From NCBI RefSeq assembly GCF_003945235.1, contig NZ_RSDW01000001.1, positions 600,001-632,000 on the forward strand: DNA of 32,000 nucleotides. The letters run 5' to 3'. The position numbers and the translations under genes are program-made. This stretch comes from Edaphobacter aggregans (lineage in GTDB: Bacteria > Acidobacteriota > Terriglobia > Terriglobales > Acidobacteriaceae). The notes beneath the pieces were generated by a model, which worked only from the letters and a program-made list of their open reading frames with translations, made no database searches and was not told the origin of the DNA. Positions 26,758 through 32,000 of the stretch are shown here, one piece after another; position 1 is the first letter of the stretch; each line of letters opens with the position of its first letter.

Positions 26758-29700
26758 ATGCTATACCGCAAAGTTCTTTCCGCTTGCTTAGGTGTCGTTG
26801 TAGCTTTGGCGTCGGCGATGGCGTTTGGACAGCGAACGACAGGCGTCATCAACGGTACGGTCAGCGATTCGTCCGGGGCTCTGGTTGTGGGTGTCGCGGT
26901 TACGCTGACCAATCAGGACACAGGCATCGTGAGCCGCGCAACGACGAACGCGACTGGGGCGTTCGTGTTTTTGAATGTCGATCCGGGGCCATACGCGCTG
27001 ACGTTTGCCAAGCAGGGATTCAGGACGATCTCGATACAGCCTTTTACGCTGACTGTTAACCAGACGCTGACGGAGAACCAGACGATGACGGTGGGGGCTA
27101 CGTCGGATACTGTCGAGGTCGATGCCAGCCAGTTGGGCATCATGCTGCAGAAGGGCTCGTCCGAGTTGGGGACGGTTATTCAGACGAAGGAGATTCAGCA
27201 GTTGCCGCTGAATGGGAGGAACTTCACTTCCCTGCTGATTCTTTCGCCGGGGGTGACGCCTGTCTCTACGGCGCAGGGTTCGGGTATCAGCACGACGGAC
27301 GCGGGCATCACCGCGATTCCTGGCACGGCTTTCTTCAAGGTGTCGTTTTTCGGACAGCAGAATCGACAGACGTTCTACCTGATGGACGGGATTGTGAATA
27401 CGGACCTTCGCGGCGCGATCTATGGGTTTCTGCCGATCATCGATGCGATGAGCGAGTTCAAGGTGCAGTCGCACATCGACAGCGCGGAGTATGGGGTGGT
27501 GACGGGCGGCATTGTGAACATGCTGTCGAAGTCGGGAACGAACAGGTTCCATGGTTCGGTATGGGAGTTTGTACGGAATAACATCTTCGACGCGCGAAAC
27601 AGTTTTACGGACTTCTGCACGGTGGGCCGGTGCGCGCCGGGATCGCCAGTGACGGCACCAGCTTCGCCAGGACACTATACGCAGAACCAGTTTGGGGGTG
27701 CCCTGGGTGGACCGATTCTGAGGGACAAGTTCTTCTTCGAGGGTGCTTATGAGGGTTGGCGCTACTCGAAGCCGACGCTGTCGACGACGCTGGTACCGAC
27801 GACGCAGGAGCTGAGCGGAGATTTCTCGAACAGCGCGTGGTCGTTTTACCAGCACAAGATCTATAACCCATACTCGACGGTATGCACAGGAGGAAAGTGC
27901 ACGGTACAGCAGTTCCAATGTGACGCGAGCGGGAATCCGCTGGCAGCGCCGAACAATGTGCAGCCTGCGGGGACGCCATGCCTGAAGATTCCGTCGTCGA
28001 TGTTGAATTCTGTGATGGTGCCCTACCTGAAGTCATATTTCGGGGTGGCGAACTCACCGGCGACTGAGGCTTCGGGGTTCAACTTTGTCGAAAATCGACC
28101 TCAGATCGATAACAATAACTCCTACCAGGTGCGACTGGATTTCCATTTCACGGACAAGAACTTTGGATTTGCGCGTGTCAGCCAAATGTGGGTGTCTGAC
28201 ACGCAGCCAGTAGCTGGGACGATTGCGTCGAACGTCTCGAATTATCACGCGTATAACTTTGGCGGCGGATTTACGCATGTGTTTACACCAAATCTGCTCG
28301 CCGATGTTCGCGGCGGCGCTATGTTGAAGCCGTATGTATTCAACCCAACGGTATCGAAGCTTGGATCCGCCGGTGCGACCTCGGCGGGATTCCAGAATGT
28401 TGAGCAGTATGGCGGCATGTACATCACTCTGGCCGCGCCTTACAGCACAAGCGATGTCGGAAGCTCAGGAGACTCGGAGCGTGGCAATCCAGTGGTGAAT
28501 GCCGGCGGCAGCGTGTCGTGGATTCATGGCCGGCACACGATGAAGGCCGGAGTGGACTACATCTATCAGAACAGGCTGCAGCGCAATTTATACCAGTCGT
28601 TCGGATTCAGCGATTCGCAGACAAGCAATGTCAACCAGACCAATACCGGAAACTCACTGGCTTCGGCTTTATTGGCGACGCCCGCGACGTTTACAGCGCA
28701 GACGCCGAGCTTCGCGGAAGACTACTTCAACATGCAGCTGTGGGCCGGGTATGTACAGGACTCGTGGAAGATGACGCCTAAGCTGACGCTGAACTTCGGG
28801 CTGCGGTATGAGTTTGTTCCTCAAATCAGCATGCTGGATAATCGGCTGGCAAATGGGCTGGACATCCCGAACCAAACCTATACGATCTCAGCGTCGTCAG
28901 TGGCAGCTTGCACAACGCCATTTGCGAATCCGTGCATTCCTGGCGGCATTGGAGCGGTACCGTTCAACAACCATATTGTGTTCGCCAATAATCAGCAGCA
29001 GGTGGGGCCATCGATCAGCGACAACATCGCACCGAGGCTCGGCTTTGCGTACGCCTGGGGCGACAAGACGGTAGTCAATGGCGGTGCAGGCATCTTCTAC
29101 GACAGCATCACAGCACGAAGCCAGTGGGTGCAGAACAACATCGAAGGGCCGACGTGGCCGTGGACCACCGGCATCTCGAATCAGCAGACGAATATTCAGC
29201 AGAACAGCTTCTGGCCCGGCAGCTCCCAAAATCCGTTGACTCTTATTACGAACCTCGTGGGCAATTTTCCGAACCCAGTGGTGGCCTCAAGCCCTTGGCT
29301 GACGACCGGCGGCGGCTATGTGTCGCAACCGAACTACAAGAATCAGCGGGCAGTGCTGTATAACCTGCAGGTGCAGCAGCAACTGGCGCCGACAACACTG
29401 TTCTCGCTGGGCTATGCAGGGTCGAAGAGCACGCGGTTGAACTACACAGGCTTTGCCAACACAGGGCAGCATGCATCGAATCCGGCTACCACGACGGCAG
29501 CGCAGGTCGATGCTACAAAGTACATGCCGTGGATGGCTCCGGGTTGGCACTACTCGCTCGACAACGGCTATGCGAACTACAACGCTCTGCTAGTGGAACT
29601 GCAGCGGAGATTCTCGAACTCGCTGAATACGATTATTTCGTATACGTGGTCGAAGTCGATGGATAACAGCAGCGGATGGTTCGCTGCGGAGAATGGCACG

Positions 29701-30342
29701 GGCGGCGGCTCAGTAGTGCAGAACTACTTCGATCCGCGCAATGCTTATGGCATCTCGTCGTACGACCTGCGGCACTATTTCTCGTGGAGCACGCTCTATG
29801 TGCTTCCGTTCGGAAAGGGCCAGAAGTGGCTACAGAGCGGATTTGCATCGTATGTGCTTGGCGGATGGAGGGCAAACTACCTGTTCCAGATTCGCTCGGG
29901 GCAGCCTTTCAATCTGAATGTGGGTGGCGATCCGGCGTTCATCTCAGGAAACAACGGGTCGGTGACTAGCTACTCACGTCCAAATGTTGTGGGGAATCCA
30001 CTGCAAGGTGGATGCGGTACGACGCCGATTGGCACGCGAGGAACGAATGGCTACTGCATGATCAATCCGACGGCATTTGCTGTGCCGGTGGGATCATTCG
30101 GAAACATGGGGAAGATGCCGTTCCGTGTGCCGTCGTCGAATGGCATGGACTTTTCTCTGGTGAAGGAGACGCCGATCTGGGAGAGCGTGAATCTGGAACT
30201 GCGGGCAGAGTCGTTCAATGTGTACAACGTTGTGATTCCTGGGAATCCGGGGACTACGATCGGGACGGCTTCGGCAGGATTGGCTACGACGCAGGGAAAT
30301 ACTCCGCGCGAGCTGCAGTTCGGGGCGAAGATCATCTTCTGA
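26758..30342 (+). CDS. TonB-dependent receptor with an N-terminal carboxypeptidase-regulatory-like domain (acidobacterial giant TBDR type)
   Basis: AGGAGG SD and a signal peptide. INGTVSDSSGALVVGVAVTLTN...TGAFVFLNVDPGPYALTF (CarboxypepD_reg); plug motif LPLNGRNFTSLLILSPGV; C-terminal PRELQFGAKIIF. Confidence 0.9.
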   Translation: MLYRKVLSACLGVVVALASAMAFGQRTTGVINGTVSDSSGALVVGVAVTLTNQDTGIVSRATTNATGAFVFLNVDPGPYALTFAKQGFRTISIQPFTLTVNQTLTENQTMTVGATSDTVEVDASQLGIMLQKGSSELGTVIQTKEIQQLPLNGRNFTSLLILSPGVTPVSTAQGSGISTTDAGITAIPGTAFFKVSFFGQQNRQTFYLMDGIVNTDLRGAIYGFLPIIDAMSEFKVQSHIDSAEYGVVTGGIVNMLSKSGTNRFHGSVWEFVRNNIFDARNSFTDFCTVGRCAPGSPVTAPASPGHYTQNQFGGALGGPILRDKFFFEGAYEGWRYSKPTLSTTLVPTTQELSGDFSNSAWSFYQHKIYNPYSTVCTGGKCTVQQFQCDASGNPLAAPNNVQPAGTPCLKIPSSMLNSVMVPYLKSYFGVANSPATEASGFNFVENRPQIDNNNSYQVRLDFHFTDKNFGFARVSQMWVSDTQPVAGTIASNVSNYHAYNFGGGFTHVFTPNLLADVRGGAMLKPYVFNPTVSKLGSAGATSAGFQNVEQYGGMYITLAAPYSTSDVGSSGDSERGNPVVNAGGSVSWIHGRHTMKAGVDYIYQNRLQRNLYQSFGFSDSQTSNVNQTNTGNSLASALLATPATFTAQTPSFAEDYFNMQLWAGYVQDSWKMTPKLTLNFGLRYEFVPQISMLDNRLANGLDIPNQTYTISASSVAACTTPFANPCIPGGIGAVPFNNHIVFANNQQQVGPSISDNIAPRLGFAYAWGDKTVVNGGAGIFYDSITARSQWVQNNIEGPTWPWTTGISNQQTNIQQNSFWPGSSQNPLTLITNLVGNFPNPVVASSPWLTTGGGYVSQPNYKNQRAVLYNLQVQQQLAPTTLFSLGYAGSKSTRLNYTGFANTGQHASNPATTTAAQVDATKYMPWMAPGWHYSLDNGYANYNALLVELQRRFSNSLNTIISYTWSKSMDNSSGWFAAENGTGGGSVVQNYFDPRNAYGISSYDLRHYFSWSTLYVLPFGKGQKWLQSGFASYVLGGWRANYLFQIRSGQPFNLNVGGDPAFISGNNGSVTSYSRPNVVGNPLQGGCGTTPIGTRGTNGYCMINPTAFAVPVGSFGNMGKMPFRVPSSNGMDFSLVKETPIWESVNLELRAESFNVYNVVIPGNPGTTIGTASAGLATTQGNTPRELQFGAKIIF

Positions 30343-30390
30343 GCTGAGAGCAAGGCGACAGACAGAGCGAAGACTGCAGGGTTCTGGGAC

Positions 30391-31383
30391 TCACGGCTGG
30401 AAGGCAAAGATCTGCTTCCAGTCGTCTTTCATGCTGACCACGGTCCAGCCTTTGGCATTTGCCTCGTCGAGAGCTTTGTCGAGTTTGCCGACGGATGATT
30501 TGCGGTCGTAAGCGTACTCTCGTTCGGCGTCGGTGTGGTGAACGAGGAGCATAAAACGAGGGCCTGGACCAGCGGCAGTCCATTCAAGCATCTGCTGGTC
30601 GCCGTCGGAGTTGCCGAAGGCAGCGATGGGGCGTTCGCCTATGAATGTGTCGATCCCGACGGGCTTACCGGGACCATCGTCGACGAAGCTGATCTCGGGC
30701 AGGCGCATGATGACAGGTTTTCCGTCCTGTGTCTCAAGCTGCGTCTTCATGGTGGTGCCGACGACCTGATCGGGTGGGATGCCATAGGCCTTCTCGGTCC
30801 AGGGGCGCATGAATCCGACCTCGCCGCCGGACACGATGAAGGTCTTGAAACCGTTGCTGCGAAGGTACGCGAGTAGCTCGACCATGGGTTGATAGATCAG
30901 TTCTGTATAGGGGTGGTTGAACTTTCGATCACGTGCCTGGGCGATCCAGTCGGAGACTGTCTGCTCGAATTGCTCGTTGGTCATGCCTGTGCTGGTTGCG
31001 ACGACGATCTGAAAGAGTCCCTTCTCGCCTGTGGCGGCAACGGCTTTCATGTCACCTTCAAGGATGCCTTTGAACGGCTGCTGTGTCTTCCACTCGGGAT
31101 GCTGGGGAGCCATCTGCTTTACGCGATCAAAGGCGAAGGCTACCTGGGTGTAGACGGGAGACTCAACCCATAGAGTGCCGTCGTTGTCGAAGGTTGCGAC
31201 ACGGTCGGCTGGAGGCACGAAGTCGGGGCCACCCTCTTTGGTGACGCGGTCTACGAAGGCGATGATGGCTTTCTTGGGTGCGGTATCGTTCCAGGAAGGA
31301 AGCGGATCCGATTGAGCCCACGCCGGGCAAGAGATAGCAATGGGCAGGTAGATGTAGAGGAGAACGCGCAACAACTTCTTCAT
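30391..31383 (-). CDS. Secreted HAD-superfamily hydrolase
   Basis: Signal peptide MKKLLRVLLYIYLPIAISCPAWA. HAD motifs FDNDGTLW (DxDxT), FIVSGG, GNSDGD. AGGAGGG SD upstream. Confidence 0.75.
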   Translation of the reverse strand: MKKLLRVLLYIYLPIAISCPAWAQSDPLPSWNDTAPKKAIIAFVDRVTKEGGPDFVPPADRVATFDNDGTLWVESPVYTQVAFAFDRVKQMAPQHPEWKTQQPFKGILEGDMKAVAATGEKGLFQIVVATSTGMTNEQFEQTVSDWIAQARDRKFNHPYTELIYQPMVELLAYLRSNGFKTFIVSGGEVGFMRPWTEKAYGIPPDQVVGTTMKTQLETQDGKPVIMRLPEISFVDDGPGKPVGIDTFIGERPIAAFGNSDGDQQMLEWTAAGPGPRFMLLVHHTDAEREYAYDRKSSVGKLDKALDEANAKGWTVVSMKDDWKQIFAFQP

Positions 31384-31429
31384 CGGATCCCTCCTGAAAA
31401 GATAGATCGTTCAGTGCACTATGAATCGA

Positions 31430-32000
31430 TCAGGTTTGCGGGGCCGATTTCACGCAGCGAAAACCGAGGTGGTTCGTGCCGGTGGTAGTCTCACCCTTGC
31501 CGCGGGTTCCCACCATATAGCGGGAGCAGTACTGGTCGGTGCAAAGATACGAGCCGCCGCGCATGGAGTGTTTCTGCACTCCGCGCTCTTCCGGATCGAA
31601 GGAGGAGTCGGGACCGGTAGGGTTTCGGGCTACGCCGCCCTCGGAGGCTAGTTGGCTGTAATAGTCAGCGCGGTACCAGTCGGAGGTCCACTGCCAGACG
31701 TTCCCCGCCATATCGTAGAGGCCATACCCGTTAGGCGGAAACTTTGTGACGGGTGAGGTAGCCGCAAATCCATCGTCGTCGGTGTTCTTATCGGGGAAGT
31801 GGCCCTGGAAAGTGTTGGCCATGTACTTACCATCGGGCTGGAAGGTGTCGCCCCATACGAAGGGTTTGCCGGTGAGACCTCCGCGGGCGGCGAACTCCCA
31901 CTCGGCCTCCGTGGGGAGACGCTTGCCAGCCCATTTGGCATAGGCCTGCGCGTCGTCGTAGGAGACATGGACGACGGGATAGTTCTCCTTGCCCTTGATG
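31430..32000 (-). CDS. Formylglycine-generating enzyme (SUMF1/FGE) family protein; C-terminal part (the N-terminus lies right of the window)
   Basis: The frame is open to the window edge. [33 protein letters not shown]...[17 protein letters not shown]...MRGGSYLC...[10 protein letters not shown]...LGFRCV. Confidence 0.8.
   Translation of the reverse strand, partial: IKGKENYPVVHVSYDDAQAYAKWAGKRLPTEAEWEFAARGGLTGKPFVWGDTFQPDGKYMANTFQGHFPDKNTDDDGFAATSPVTKFPPNGYGLYDMAGNVWQWTSDWYRADYYSQLASEGGVARNPTGPDSSFDPEERGVQKHSMRGGSYLCTDQYCSRYMVGTRGKGETTTGTNHLGFRCVKSAPQT

Noticed and set aside
26788-27918. 376-aa minus-strand ORF inside the TonB-dependent receptor gene
   Set aside because: The same codon-aligned antisense artefact. 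The product is Arg-rich, low-complexity sequence, while the plus-strand product has clear TBDR motifs.

Overview
Chromosomal window, moderately GC-rich. Its gene content looks like Acidobacteriota (Terriglobia/Acidobacteriaceae type): a giant CarboxypepD_reg-type TonB-dependent receptor, a four-helix-bundle '23S IVS' gene, and hairpin-rich intergenic repeats. This taxonomic call is inference only. Layout, left to right: the 3' end of aceE with a strong terminator; a degenerate E1-alpha-like gene; wzi; a Cys/His-cluster hypothetical gene that overlaps wzi tail to tail; a hairpin/repeat array; then a surface-polysaccharide locus. That locus has uxs and ugd on the minus strand, facing wzc-wza, two tandem paralogous GT4 genes, a third GT4 and a WcaF-like acetyltransferase on the plus strand. 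Next come an orphan receiver-only response regulator; an ABC ATPase with a C-terminal AAA-associated domain plus a fused double permease and no binding protein; a half-length AI-2E-like membrane protein; a signal-less GH13 alpha-amylase; purQ; and a PHP-type protein-tyrosine phosphatase. A long convergent spacer with an AT-rich island follows, then an SDR plus a small secreted protein, groES-groEL with a CIRCE operator, a decayed four-helix-bundle (Avd-like) gene, a 1194-aa TonB-dependent receptor, a secreted HAD hydrolase and a partial FGE/SUMF1-family gene. I found no rRNA, tRNA, CRISPR array, transposase, integrase or recognisable defence genes. I cannot point to a clear novel multi-gene system. 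The most unusual items are the cofactor-motif-eroded E1-alpha paralog behind aceE, the 345-nt codon-aligned overlap between wzi and the Cys/His protein, the modular hairpin repeat array, the binding-protein-less ABC pair next to a half AI-2E gene, and the multiply damaged Avd-like gene that runs into groEL. All functional calls rest on by-eye motif recognition; no database search was possible.
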